NCBI RefSeq assembly: GCF_965213695.1
Contig: NZ_OZ243912.1
Coordinates: 2,297,482-2,361,481 of the forward strand
DNA: 64,000 nucleotides
Origin: Rubrivirga sp.
Lineage (GTDB): Bacteria > Bacteroidota > Rhodothermia > Rhodothermales > Rubricoccaceae
Reading direction: 5' to 3'
Shown here piece by piece: positions 1-13,325 of this stretch. The notes beneath the pieces were generated by a model, which was not told where the DNA came from, ran no database searches, and saw nothing but the letters and a program-made list of their open reading frames with translations. Both the position numbers and the translations under genes were made by a program. Within the stretch, counting starts at the first letter, position 1; the number at the start of each line of letters is the position of its first letter.

Positions 1-607
1 GGGCGGCGTCGGTGTCGCCGGCGGCGCGGTGGGCGCGGGCGGCGTCGAGGAGGTAGCCCGGGGTCGAGGCCGGCGAGGCGTACTCCGCGGCGGCCTGCTC
101 GTAGAGGTTGGCGGCCCGCTCGGCGTCGCCGCGGTCCTCGGCGATGGCGGCCTGGCCCGCGATGGCGCTGGCGGCCATGAGCCCCTCGCCGTCGTAGTCC
201 TCGAACATCTCCAAGGCCCGGTCCATGTCGCCGAGCTGGTAGAGCGCGTCGGCGGCGAAGAAGGTGGCCTGCTCGCCGGTCGCCGTCGAGCCGTAGTCGT
301 CGGCGATCTCCAGGAGGCCGGGCGCCGTGTCGGTCCCGTCGAGGGCCGTCTGCCAGTTGCCGGCCTCGTACTCGGTCAGGATGGCGCCCAGGAGCCGCTG
401 GCCCTCGGCCGAGCGGTTGGCCTGCCACGCCCGCCACGCGATCACGGCGACGGCCAAGACCACGATCCCGATGATGACGCCGATGATCGCGTTCCGGTGG
501 TCCTCGAAAAACTCCGTTCCGCGCGAGGCCGATGTCGTGAGGGCGTCCTCGCGGAGGTCGTTCGTGCGCGGCGCGGTGAGCGTCTTCGGCGGGTTGATCT
601 GGGCCAT
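1..607 (-). CDS. Tetratricopeptide-repeat membrane protein (YfgM-like), runs off the window start
   Basis: Manual translation from ATG at 607: MAQINPPKT...IIGVIIGIVVLAVAVIAWRAW (TM helix), then TPR-like helices (FFAADALYQLGDMDRA). Confidence 0.7.
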   Translation of the reverse strand, partial: MAQINPPKTLTAPRTNDLREDALTTSASRGTEFFEDHRNAIIGVIIGIVVLAVAVIAWRAWQANRSAEGQRLLGAILTEYEAGNWQTALDGTDTAPGLLEIADDYGSTATGEQATFFAADALYQLGDMDRALEMFEDYDGEGLMAASAIAGQAAIAEDRGDAERAANLYEQAAAEYASPASTPGYLLDAARAHRAAGDTDAA

Positions 608-783
608 CGGGGGGAGACGGAGGGTCGGGAGTGGGCGGCCGACGCCGCGAACCGCGAAAGGTAGCGGGGCCCCGGCCGAACGCGGCGTGAAGAGCGGGGC
701 GAGACGACGCGCCCGGCGCCCCGCCGCGCCCTCTTGCAGGCGATTTCACCGGGGCGGCGGCGTCGGAAGCGGTTCGGACCTAG

Positions 784-1833
<1,050 letters not shown>

Positions 1834-1891
1834 TTGACGATTGCGTGATTGCCTTTCAGAATCACCCGATCCCTCAATCCACAATCACCCG

Positions 1892-3061
1892 ATGAAGACC
1901 CTCTCCGACCTCGACCTCGCCGGCCGGCGCGTGCTCGTCCGCGTCGACTTCAACGTGCCGATGGACGGCGGCGCGGTGACGGACGACACCCGCGTCCGCG
2001 GGGCGCTGCCCACGATCCGGGCCATCCTGGACGCCGGCGGCACGCCCGTCCTGATGTCGCACCTCGGCCGGCCCAAGGGCGCGCCCGACCCGGCGTACTC
2101 GCTCCGGCCGGTCGCCGCCGCGCTCGACGGGCTGCTCGACGCGCCGGTCGTGTTCTGCGACGAGACCGTCGGCGACCAAGCCCGGGCGTGCGTGGACGGG
2201 GCGCCGGCCGGGGCGGTCGTGCTGCTCGAGAACACGCGGTTCCTGGCCGGCGAGACGTCGAACGACGACGAGACGGCCCGCCAGCTCGCGGCGCTCGGCG
2301 ACGTGTTCGTGTCGGACGCCTTCGGGTCCGTCCACCGGGCCCACGCCTCGACGGCCGGCGTGGCCGCGCTCCTCCCCCACGCGGCGGGCCGGCTGTTGGA
2401 GCGCGAGGTCGCGTTCCTGACCCGGGCCCTCGACGAGCCCGGCCGCCCGTTCGTGGCCGTCCTCGGTGGGGCCAAGGTGTCCGACAAGATCGGCGTCATC
2501 GAGGCGCTCGCGCCCACGGTGGACCACCTGCTGATCGGGGGGGCCATGGCCTACACGTTCCTCGCCGGGCTCGGCCACTCGGTCGGCGACTCGCTCGTGG
2601 AAGAGGACCGGACGGACGAGGCGTTCCAGCTCCTGGAGCGGTTCAAGGACACCCTCCGGCTCCCCCAGGACCACGTGGTCGCCGACGCCTTCTCGGCCGA
2701 CGCCCGGACCCAGACCGTGACGGGCGAGATCCCGGACGGGTGGCAGGGGCTCGACATCGGGCCCAAAACGCGCGAGCAGTACGCCAACCTCCTCGACGGC
2801 GCGCGGACGGTGATCTGGAACGGGCCGATGGGCGTGTTCGAGATGGCCCCGTTCGCCCAAGGCACGCTGGCCGTCGCCGAGGCCTTGGCAGAGGCCACCC
2901 GCGAGCACGACGCGCTGACCGTCGTCGGCGGCGGGGACTCGGTCGCCGCGATCAACCAGGCCGGGCTGGCGGACGCCGTGACCCATGTCTCGACCGGCGG
3001 AGGCGCCATGCTCGAGTTCATGGAGGGGAAGACGTTGCCCGGCCTCGCGGCCCTCGACTGA
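1892..3061 (+). CDS. pgk: Phosphoglycerate kinase
   Basis: RVDFNVP, SHLGRPKG, GGAKVSDK, WNGPMGVFE, STGGGA; start placed at ATG 1892. Confidence 0.97.
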   Translation: MKTLSDLDLAGRRVLVRVDFNVPMDGGAVTDDTRVRGALPTIRAILDAGGTPVLMSHLGRPKGAPDPAYSLRPVAAALDGLLDAPVVFCDETVGDQARACVDGAPAGAVVLLENTRFLAGETSNDDETARQLAALGDVFVSDAFGSVHRAHASTAGVAALLPHAAGRLLEREVAFLTRALDEPGRPFVAVLGGAKVSDKIGVIEALAPTVDHLLIGGAMAYTFLAGLGHSVGDSLVEEDRTDEAFQLLERFKDTLRLPQDHVVADAFSADARTQTVTGEIPDGWQGLDIGPKTREQYANLLDGARTVIWNGPMGVFEMAPFAQGTLAVAEALAEATREHDALTVVGGGDSVAAINQAGLADAVTHVSTGGGAMLEFMEGKTLPGLAALD

Positions 3062-3106
3062 GAAACGGGCCGGTGACGCCCGGACCTCAGTCCCCCGCCC
3101 CCACCC

Positions 3107-4090
3107 ATGCAGTTCCCCGCCTCGTCCGCCCCCGCCGACACGGCCGCCGTTGTCGACTCGGCCATCGGCCTCACCGCCGAGGACGTGGTCGCGGCGAAGG
3201 AGGCGCTGTTCTCGACCGAGTTCTGGCTGGGCGTCGGGCAGACGGCGCTCAAGGTCGCCGTCACGGTCGCGCTCGCGCTCGTCGCCATCGCCGTCGTCGC
3301 CCGGATCAAGCGTCGGTGGGTGGCCTCGGTCCACGAGGACCCGGCCACCGACAAGCGCCGCCAGCGCGTCCTAACGACGGCCGACCTGCTGGGGTCCGTC
3401 GCGCGCTACGTGATCTGGGCCATCACGATTGTGACCGTCCTGGGCCTGGTCGGGTTCGACATCCGCGCGCTGCTGGCCGGCGCCGGCATCGCGGGGCTGG
3501 CCATCGGGTTCGGCGCGCAGACGCTGGTGAAGGACGTGATCTCCGGCTTCTTCCTACTGTTCGACGACACCCTCGGCAACGGCGACCTCATCCGGATCGG
3601 GACCGACACGGGGACGGTCGAGTACGTCGGGCTCCGGCTCATCAAGGTGCGGAAGTTCGACGGCGAGCTGTTGATGGTGCCGGCCGGCGAGCTGCGGACG
3701 TTCGGCAACAAGTCGGTCGGGTTCGCCCGGGCCATCGTCGAGGTGGGCCTGAGCTATGAGCAGGACGCGGGCCAGGCGCTGGCGGTCCTGGAGGACGTGG
3801 CGCGCGAGTGGGCCGAGACCGAGCACGCCCAGGAGGTGATGCTCGAGGAGGCGCCCCAGGTCCAGGCGCTCATGGCGCTGGGCGACTCGGCAGTGACGGC
3901 CCGCGTCATCGTCCAGGTCCGCCCGGGCGAGCAGTTCCAAACCGAGCGGGACCTCCGGTCGCTCATCAAGGCCCGGTTCGACGAGCGCGGCGTCGAGATC
4001 CCGTTCCCGCGCCGGACGGTCTACGTCAAGTCGGCCGGCGGCGCGCCGGGCGACGACGAGGCGAGCGCCGCCGCGGCGGCCGGCGCCTGA
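3107..4090 (+). CDS. Small-conductance mechanosensitive channel (MscS family)
   Basis: TM helices followed by AGIAGLAIGFGAQTLVKDVISGFF and GVEIPFP. Confidence 0.9.
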   Translation: MQFPASSAPADTAAVVDSAIGLTAEDVVAAKEALFSTEFWLGVGQTALKVAVTVALALVAIAVVARIKRRWVASVHEDPATDKRRQRVLTTADLLGSVARYVIWAITIVTVLGLVGFDIRALLAGAGIAGLAIGFGAQTLVKDVISGFFLLFDDTLGNGDLIRIGTDTGTVEYVGLRLIKVRKFDGELLMVPAGELRTFGNKSVGFARAIVEVGLSYEQDAGQALAVLEDVAREWAETEHAQEVMLEEAPQVQALMALGDSAVTARVIVQVRPGEQFQTERDLRSLIKARFDERGVEIPFPRRTVYVKSAGGAPGDDEASAAAAAGA

Positions 4091-4227
4091 TGCAGAGGCC
4101 GGGGTCTTGGTCTGGTCAAGGGGGAGGAGAGGATGAAGAGGGCGGAGAGGATGAGGACGCCCCCTCTGTCCCCTCGTCACCCGGCCCGCGCTCGCAACTT
4201 CCCGATCCACCCGCCGTCACGGCCGCC

Positions 4228-5169
4228 ATGACTGACCTCGCCATCGACACGTCCGGGCTGGCCAAGACGTACCGCGGCCGACCGCCGGTCGAGGCGCTCC
4301 GGCCGCTCGACCTTCAGATCCGGGCCGGCGAGACGTTCGGGCTGCTCGGGCCCAACGGCGCCGGCAAGACGACGCTCGTCAAGCTCCTGCTCGGGCTCGC
4401 CCACCCGACCGCCGGCTCGGCGACCCTGTTCGGCCGCGACATCGCCGACCCGGAGGCCCGCCGCCCGGTCGGGTACCTCCCCGAAGGGCACCGCTTCCCC
4501 CCGTTCCTGTCGGCCCGGGCGACGCTCGAACTGTTCGCCCAGATGGCCGGAGTCGACGCGGGCGAGCGCCCGGGCCGGGCCCAGGAGCTGCTGGCGACCG
4601 TCCGCTTGGTGGGGGCCGCCGACCGGCCGGCCGGGACGTTCTCGAAGGGGATGTTGCAGCGGCTGGGGATCGCCCAGGCCCTGATGAACCGGCCCCGCCT
4701 GGTGTTCCTGGACGAGCCGACCGACGGCGTCGACCCGGTGGGCCGGCGCGAGATCCGGACGTTGATCGAGCGGCTCCGCGACGACGGCGTCACGGTCTTC
4801 CTCAACTCGCACCTCTTGAGCGAGGTCGAGCGCGTCTGCACGCGCGTGGCCATCCTCAAGGACGGCGTCCCGATCCGGATGGGGACCGTCGAGGACCTGA
4901 CGCGGCAGGGCCGCGCGTGGCGGTTGGTCACCTCCCCCCTTCCGCCGGCGACCGCCGACGCCCTGGGCGACGCGCTCGCGACCGACGCCACCGAGCACCC
5001 CGACGGGCTCGCGCGGTCGCTCGTCACGCTCCCGGACCGGGCCGCGCTCAACGCCGCGCTCGACCGGCTCCGCGCCGACGGCGTCGAGGTCGAGGCCGTC
5101 GAGCCGGCCCGCCAGTCGCTCGAGGACCTGTTCATCGATGTCGTGACCACCCCGGCCACCCCCGCCTGA
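4228..5169 (+). CDS. ABC transporter ATP-binding protein
   Basis: Walker A GPNGAGKT, signature FSKGM, Walker B VFLDEP, H-loop NSH. Confidence 0.93.
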   Translation: MTDLAIDTSGLAKTYRGRPPVEALRPLDLQIRAGETFGLLGPNGAGKTTLVKLLLGLAHPTAGSATLFGRDIADPEARRPVGYLPEGHRFPPFLSARATLELFAQMAGVDAGERPGRAQELLATVRLVGAADRPAGTFSKGMLQRLGIAQALMNRPRLVFLDEPTDGVDPVGRREIRTLIERLRDDGVTVFLNSHLLSEVERVCTRVAILKDGVPIRMGTVEDLTRQGRAWRLVTSPLPPATADALGDALATDATEHPDGLARSLVTLPDRAALNAALDRLRADGVEVEAVEPARQSLEDLFIDVVTTPATPA

Positions 5170-5172
5170 CCC

Positions 5173-6090
5173 ATGCTCGGCCTGTTCCTGCTCACGCTCC
5201 GCGAGCTCCGCGCCCGCAAGGTCGTGATCGGCCTGTTCGTCGTCGCGACGGTGATCTGGGTCGCGTTCACGTTCGCGCTCCAGCTCGACGTGGTCGACGG
5301 GACCCTCGCTGGCGCGCGCCTCTTCGGCCAGGAGACACTCGACGGGCCCGTCGACCTCGACGCGCCGCTCCTTGACGCGGACGGCGAGCCGATCCTCAAC
5401 AGCGACGGGACCCCGCGGACGGCCCGCGACGACTTGCCCCCGTTCGGCAACACGTTGCTGGAGAGCGTCGTGTTCGGGGCCCAGGCGTTCGTGGCCGGCG
5501 CCGCGTACTGGGTCGGCATCCTGCTGGCGCTGTTCGCGACGGGCGGGCTCGTCGCCGCGTTGACCGAGCGCGGCCAGGTGGACGTGCTGCTGACGAAGCC
5601 GCTGTCGCGGGCGTCCGTGCTGGCGGGCCGGCTGCTCGCCGTGATGGCCGTGATGCTGGCCCTGACGACGTATCTGTTCGGCGGCGTCTGGCTCGTGATG
5701 TCGATCAAGTCCGGCCTGTGGGCCCCGCAGTTCCTGCTGGCGATCCCGGTCGTGTTCGGGATGTTCGCCGTCGTCTACGGCGTCGTGACCCTGGTGGGCG
5801 TGTGGAGCGGGAGCGGGCCGCTGTCGTTTATCGCCACGCTCGGCGTCCTGTTCGTGAGCCTGATCCTGGCCATCCCGACGCTGCCGGAGCAGGTCTCGGC
5901 CCTGTGGCGCCCGCTCGTCGTCGGGGCGTACCAGGTGCTGCCGAAGTTCGGTGGCGTGGGCACGTCCATCGTGCCGCAACTCGCGACCGGGGGCGACGTA
6001 GGCGCCCTTTCCTTGCTGTGGTCCTCCCTCGCGTTCGGAGCCGTCTGCTACGGGCTCGCGTTCGTGCTCTTCTCCCGCAAAGACTTTTAA
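5173..6090 (+). CDS. ABC transporter permease
   Basis: Multiple TM helices, LLTKPLSR motif, adjacent to the ATPase. Confidence 0.8.
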   Translation: MLGLFLLTLRELRARKVVIGLFVVATVIWVAFTFALQLDVVDGTLAGARLFGQETLDGPVDLDAPLLDADGEPILNSDGTPRTARDDLPPFGNTLLESVVFGAQAFVAGAAYWVGILLALFATGGLVAALTERGQVDVLLTKPLSRASVLAGRLLAVMAVMLALTTYLFGGVWLVMSIKSGLWAPQFLLAIPVVFGMFAVVYGVVTLVGVWSGSGPLSFIATLGVLFVSLILAIPTLPEQVSALWRPLVVGAYQVLPKFGGVGTSIVPQLATGGDVGALSLLWSSLAFGAVCYGLAFVLFSRKDF

Positions 6091-6094
6091 CGCT

Positions 6095-7093
6095 ATGACC
6101 TCCGCCTCCTCCCGCCCGGCGCGCCTGGCGCTCTCCGCCGCCCTCGGCACGCTGCTGGTCGCCGGCTCGGCCCTGACCACGACCGGGTGCAGCGACACGT
6201 TCGCCGCGCCCGGCATCGGGTCCTCGGCCCAGACGACGGACGCGCTCGCGCTCCTGCCGACCGACGCCGACGTCTACGGCATGACGAACCTCGCGAAGGC
6301 CCGGGACAGCCAGGCCCTCGAGACGGCCCTCGGCGACACCGGCCTGGGGATGGTCAGCGGCCGGGGCTCGGCCGACTTCGACGAGTTTATCCGCCTGACC
6401 GGGTTCGACCCCTCCCAGGACCTCGACCGCGTGTTCGTGGCCGTCAGCGAGGGGCCGAGCGAGCGGGCCGCGTTCGTGGCCTACGGCTGGTTCGACCGGG
6501 ACAAGATCGAGCGGTTCGTCGCCGACAACGGCGAGGTCGCGTTCGAGGTGACCGAGGTCGAGGGGCTCCCGGTCTACCTCACGACGGTCGAAGACGGCCA
6601 GCGCGGCGGGTTCGCGCTCGTCAACGACGAGATGGTCCTGGCCGGCGACCAGGCGACGCTGACCGCGATGGTCCGGCGGCTCGGCACCTCGGCCACCCCC
6701 CGCGATGCGGAGCTCCAGGCCTTGTTCGACCGCGTGGCCTTCCCGGACGGCGCCTGGTTCGTCGCTCGCGGCCTGGACGGCGCCGGTTTGCAGGTCGACG
6801 ACGACGCCCCGCCGTCCGCGCTCGCGGCCCGGGCCGCCGACGGGTTCGTGGTCTCGATGGACTTCGGCGACGACGGCGTCCCCGTCCGCGCGTTCCTGGC
6901 CACCAAGCCCGAGGCGAGCACCGACGACGTGGCCGACGTGGTCCGTGGCGGGATCTCGGCGGCCCGGATCGGGCTCAAGGACGAGCCGTCGGCGCTCGAC
7001 GTGCTCGACCGGGTGGAGGTCGTGTCGGAGGACGCGGGCGTCCGCGTCGAGGGGTTCCTGACCCCTGAGTTCCTGGCCCAGACAGCCCGCTAG
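6095..7093 (+). CDS. Hypothetical lipoprotein
   Basis: Signal peptide ending LTTTGC (lipobox-like); host-like coding pattern. Confidence 0.65.
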   Translation: MTSASSRPARLALSAALGTLLVAGSALTTTGCSDTFAAPGIGSSAQTTDALALLPTDADVYGMTNLAKARDSQALETALGDTGLGMVSGRGSADFDEFIRLTGFDPSQDLDRVFVAVSEGPSERAAFVAYGWFDRDKIERFVADNGEVAFEVTEVEGLPVYLTTVEDGQRGGFALVNDEMVLAGDQATLTAMVRRLGTSATPRDAELQALFDRVAFPDGAWFVARGLDGAGLQVDDDAPPSALAARAADGFVVSMDFGDDGVPVRAFLATKPEASTDDVADVVRGGISAARIGLKDEPSALDVLDRVEVVSEDAGVRVEGFLTPEFLAQTAR

Positions 7094-7333
7094 AGCGACG
7101 CCAGATCGCTCGTGGGCAGACCCCCCGCTCCCCTCCCGGTCGCGGAGCCTGTCCTGAGCGGAGCCGAAGGGCTCCCAGGTCGGGGAGCTGTCCCCCTCGA
7201 AGGGGGACAATCCGTCCGCCCGCTGAGCGGAGCGAGGGGAGGACGGCCAGGGGGCCCGCTCACGAGCGACGTGTCACGGCACTAGGTCGGCACGGCGGCG
7301 CGGTACCTTCGGGCTCCCCCGCCCGACCCGACG

Positions 7334-8221
7334 TTGCCCGACGCCCTCTCGCCCGACGCCTTCACCCTCGACGCGCTCCCGCCGATCCCCCGGCCGGGGC
7401 GCGTCCTGATGACCCGCCCCGACCACTTCCGGGTCGAGTACGTCATCAACCCGCACATGGCCGGCAACGTGGGCGAGGTCGACCGCGGGCGGGCAACGGC
7501 CCAGTGGGAGGCGCTCCGCGACGCCTACGAGCGGGTCGGGATGGAGGTCGTCGTGGTGGCCGGCACGCCGGGCCTGCCGGACCAGGTGTTCTGCGCCAAC
7601 CAGACGCTGCCGTACCAGACGCCGGGCGGCGAGCGCGGCGTCGTCCTGAGCCGGATGCACGCGGCCCAGCGGAAGCCCGAGGTCGAGCACTACGAGCGGT
7701 TCTTCACCGGCGAGGGCTACGAGGTCCACCACCTCGACGCCGACCTCCCGGGCGACTTCGAGGGGATGGGCGACGCGCTCTGGCACCCCGGCCGCTACCT
7801 CCTGTGGGGCGGCTACGGCTACCGGACCGACCGCCAGGTCTACGACCGCTTCGCCGACTCGCTCGGCTTCCCCATCGTCGCGCTCGAGCTGACCGACCCC
7901 GACTTCTACCACCTCGACACGTGCCTCTGCCCGCTCGACGAGGAGACGGCGCTCTACTACCCCGGCGCGTTTACCGACGAGGGGATCGCGGCCATCCGCA
8001 CCCACTTCCGCCGGACGCTCGAAGCCCCGGAGGCCGAGGCCCGCGAGCTGTTCGCCTGCAACGCGCACTCGCCGGACGGGACCCACGTCCTGATCCAGCA
8101 GGGCTGCGCCGACACGAACGACCTGCTGCGCGCGGGCGGGTACGAGCCCGTCGAGGTCGACACGAGCGAGTTCCTCAAGTCGGGCGGCTCGGTCTTCTGC
8201 ATGAAGCTGATGTTCTGGTAG
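7334..8221 (+). CDS. Amidinotransferase / dimethylarginine dimethylaminohydrolase family protein
   Basis: FRVEYVINPHM, PDQVFCAN, FEGMGDA, FYHLDTC, C-terminal SGGSVFCM. Confidence 0.88.
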   Translation: MPDALSPDAFTLDALPPIPRPGRVLMTRPDHFRVEYVINPHMAGNVGEVDRGRATAQWEALRDAYERVGMEVVVVAGTPGLPDQVFCANQTLPYQTPGGERGVVLSRMHAAQRKPEVEHYERFFTGEGYEVHHLDADLPGDFEGMGDALWHPGRYLLWGGYGYRTDRQVYDRFADSLGFPIVALELTDPDFYHLDTCLCPLDEETALYYPGAFTDEGIAAIRTHFRRTLEAPEAEARELFACNAHSPDGTHVLIQQGCADTNDLLRAGGYEPVEVDTSEFLKSGGSVFCMKLMFW

Positions 8222-8225
8222 CCGG

Positions 8226-8957
8226 GTGCCGCCGTCTGCCCCCGGCCCTCCCCCGTCGGTCTCCGTCGTCGTCCCGGCGTGGAACGAGGCGCCGACGATC
8301 CGAACGGCGCTCGCGAGCGTGGCCGGGCAGACCGAGCCGTGGGAGGTCGTGGTGGCCGTCGGCGACTCGGACGACGGCACGGCGGAGGCGGCGGGCACGG
8401 CCACCGTGGTCCGTGGGGCGCGAGGGCGGGCCCGCCAGATGAACGACGGCGCGGCCTCGGCCACCGGCGACGTCCTCCTGTTCCTCCACGCCGACACCCG
8501 GCTGCCGGCCGGTGCCCTCGACGCCGTCCGCGCGGCCCTGGCAGACCCAGAGGTGGCCGGCGGCTGCTTCCGCACGGCGTTCAACCTCGACCCGGGACAG
8601 GACGGGTTCACCGCGCTCGGCCGCGCGTTCATGCGCCTGTGGGAGTCGCGGCTGTGGATGCGGTGGCACCGGTTCGCGTTCGGCGACCGCGCCCTGTTCG
8701 TCCGCAGGACGGCGTTCGAGGCCGTCGGCGGGTACCCGGACCAGCCGGTGTTCGAGGACCTCGACCTGGTCCGCGCGCTCCGCCGGCGGGGCCGGTTCGT
8801 GTTTTTGGACGCCGAGGTCACCACGTCCGCTCGCCGCTTCCGCCGGCATGGGGCGGTCCGCCAGCAGCTCCGAAATCTGGCGCTGTGGACGGGGTGGAAC
8901 GTGGGCCTCTCGCCCCACCGGCTCAAGCGGTTCTACAGCGACGGCGACCGGGGGTAG
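8226..8957 (+). CDS. GT2 glycosyltransferase (TIGR04283-like)
   Basis: SVVVPAWNE, GRARQMNDGA, LFLHADT, FGDRALF, FEDLDL, TTSARRF. Confidence 0.85.
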   Translation: MPPSAPGPPPSVSVVVPAWNEAPTIRTALASVAGQTEPWEVVVAVGDSDDGTAEAAGTATVVRGARGRARQMNDGAASATGDVLLFLHADTRLPAGALDAVRAALADPEVAGGCFRTAFNLDPGQDGFTALGRAFMRLWESRLWMRWHRFAFGDRALFVRRTAFEAVGGYPDQPVFEDLDLVRALRRRGRFVFLDAEVTTSARRFRRHGAVRQQLRNLALWTGWNVGLSPHRLKRFYSDGDRG

Positions 8958-9000
8958 CGGGCGAGGCGGCCTGCCACACGCCCTCCTCCCACCCCGCTCC

Positions 9001-9573
9001 CTACTCCGCCTCGCGGTCGAGGATGTAGATGGCGCGCAAGTTCCGGGCGAGCTGGCCGTAGTCCATCCCGTACCCGATCACGAACAGGTTGTCGATGTCG
9101 AACCCGACGTAGTCGACCCGGACCTCGACCTTGGCTGCGTCCGGCTTGCGCAGGAGCGTGGCCGCCCGGAGCGAGGCCGGGTTCCGGGTCTGGATCTGGT
9201 CGATGACGTACTTCATCGAGAGCCCCGTGTCGACGATGTCCTCGACCACGATCACGTGACGCCCTTCGAGCTTGGCGTCGACTTCCTTGAGCTCGGTCAC
9301 CTGGCCGCTCGACACCTTGCTCTCGCCGTAGCTCGAGAGCTTGTAGAAGTCGACCTCGGAGTCGGCCGGGATCGCCCGCATCAGGTCGGCCGTGAACATG
9401 AACGCGCCGTTCAAGACGCCGATCAGGATGGGGACGCCGACGTCGGCGTAGTCGGCGGCGATCCGCTCGCCCAGCTCCAAGATCCGCGTCTGGATCTCGT
9501 CCTCGCTGAGGTAGAGCCGGAACCGCTCGCCGCGGCAGGTGACGATGTCAGGGGCAGCGGCGGTCTCGGGCAT
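9001..9573 (-). CDS. hpt: Hypoxanthine phosphoribosyltransferase
   Basis: GVLNGAFMF, PRPP motif VIVVEDIVDTGLS, FVIGYGMDY. Confidence 0.95.
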   Translation of the reverse strand: MPETAAAPDIVTCRGERFRLYLSEDEIQTRILELGERIAADYADVGVPILIGVLNGAFMFTADLMRAIPADSEVDFYKLSSYGESKVSSGQVTELKEVDAKLEGRHVIVVEDIVDTGLSMKYVIDQIQTRNPASLRAATLLRKPDAAKVEVRVDYVGFDIDNLFVIGYGMDYGQLARNLRAIYILDREAE

Positions 9574-9599
9574 CGGGGGGGCGCGGGGCGGACCCGAAG

Positions 9600-10879
9600 C
9601 TACCCCGCCCCACGGCTCGGGCGCCACGTCCATCGGGCCGCCCGCCGGGTCCCCCCGGTGACGGCCACCGACGCCGCCAGCCGGTGGCCAACCACCCACG
9701 CGACGCGGTCGCCGACGGTGACGACAGCAGCGGCCGGGCGGTCGGCCCGGGGCACGCCGCGCTCGCGGAGGACGTCGACCACGAGCCGGGACCCGTCCAT
9801 TCCCAGCGGGCGGATCCGGTCGCCGGGCCGCCACGAGCGGAGCGCGACCGGGCCGTCGACGCGGTCGGCGTCGACAACTTCGGTGAGCCGGTCCGGCGGG
9901 AACGCCGCCGGCACGGCGTCGAGCGGGGTCGAGACGAGGTGGCCGAGGTCGGGCGCGGGCACGTCCGTCTCGAACCGGAGCGCGTCGCGCTCGCGCCAGA
10001 CGCGGACGCCGCCGGCCTCGACGCACGCCCCCACCTCGGCCTCCAACAGAGCGACGAGCCGGGCAACGACCGCCCGCGAGCGCGCGGCGTCTGGGGCCCA
10101 CCGGGCGACCGCCTCCGCGAGCAGGACGGATTGGATCTCGGCGTCGAGGGCGGCCACCCCGAGCCCGAGGCGCTGGTCTCCCACCGCCAGACCGTCGAGG
10201 TGCCGTTGGACGACGGCGAGCCCAGCACGGGCGGCGTCGGCCGACGCGGCGATCCGGCGGTCGGCCCCGCCCTCGGCGCGAAGGGCGGGGAGGACGGTGT
10301 GGCGGAGGCGGTTCCGAGCGTAGACCCCGGTCGCGTTCGAGGGGTCGTCGCGCCAGGTCCATCCGGCCGCTCGCGCGGCGGCCTCGACGTCGGCGCGTGC
10401 CGATTGCAATAACGGCCTGACCAGGCGGACGCCCGGCGCCAGCGCCCGCTCCACCGGCATCCCGGCCAGCCCCCTCAGCCCGGCCCCGCGCGCGAGCGCA
10501 AGCAGGACGGTCTCGGCCTGGTCGGTCGCCGTGTGGGCCGTCGCCACCGCCGGGCACCCTTGCTCCCGAGCCGCGTCGGCGAGCGCGGCGTAGCGGGCGC
10601 GGCGCGCTTGGGCCTGCCGATTCCCCTCCCCCACCGTGACGGCCAGCCGAACGCACGGCACACCGAGCTTGGCCGCAAGCTCGGCCACGAACGCGCCGTC
10701 CGCGTCGCTGTCCGGGCGGAGCTGGTGGTCGACGTGGGCCGCGACGACGGGCTGGCCGATTTCGACCAGTGTGTGCAGAAGCGCCGTCGAGTCGAGGCCG
10801 CCGCTGGCGGCGACCAGAACCCGGTCGCCCGGCCCGACGGCCACCGCGTCGAGGCCGGCGCGGACGCTCGCCGCGAGCG

Positions 10880-10883
<4 letters not shown>
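9600..10883 (-). CDS. tilS: tRNA(Ile)-lysidine synthetase
   Basis: PP-loop SGGLDS, HVDHQLR, ARRARY, AHTATDQAET, RNRLRH; GTG start overlaps mutL stop. Confidence 0.92.
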
Positions 10884-12841
<1,958 letters not shown>

Positions 12842-12848
12842 GGCTAGG

Positions 12849-13106
12849 CTAGCCGAAGAACCACCCCCCGAACGCGGTCACGCGCTCGACGATGGTCTCG
12901 ATGTTGGCGTAGAAATAAAACGCGAGCACGAGCCCCAGGCCGACGGCGATGAACTGGGGCTGCTTGGTCTTGCGCTGGCGCCGCTCGCTGGGCCGCACGA
13001 ACTGGAGCTGGCGCTTGCGGCGGGCCTCGGCGTCGGGGTCGTAGAACCGGGGCTGGTACGAGTACCCGCGCGGGCGAGCCATCTTGCCGCTGTTGAGTCC
13101 GAGCAT
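12849..13106 (-). CDS. Small hypothetical membrane protein
   Basis: MLGLNSGKMARPRGYSYQPRFYDP... with a C-terminal TM helix; TACCTT -10-like hexamer at 13129-13134. Confidence 0.55.
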   Translation of the reverse strand: MLGLNSGKMARPRGYSYQPRFYDPDAEARRKRQLQFVRPSERRQRKTKQPQFIAVGLGLVLAFYFYANIETIVERVTAFGGWFFG

Positions 13107-13281
13107 GGGTCGATTCGTCGTGTGCGGCAAGGTAACGACCGCCACCGGGCGTCCGTGCCCGGGGTCGGCCGGAGGCAAGGTGGCTTGGGCCGGTGACACC
13201 GGACGGTCAGCCGGCGCGAAGCCGTGCTGCCGACAGAGACCTGGGACGACGCGGCCGGTGGACGCCTGCTGTCAAGACCGA

Positions 13282-13325
13282 TGGGGAGAGCCCAAGGAGG
13301 AGTGGGGAGAGCCCAAGGAGGAGTG
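13282..13325. repeat. Tandem duplication of a 21-bp unit (TGGGGAGAGCCCAAGGAGGAG x2)
   Basis: Exact copies at 13282-13302 and 13303-13323. Confidence 0.9.
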
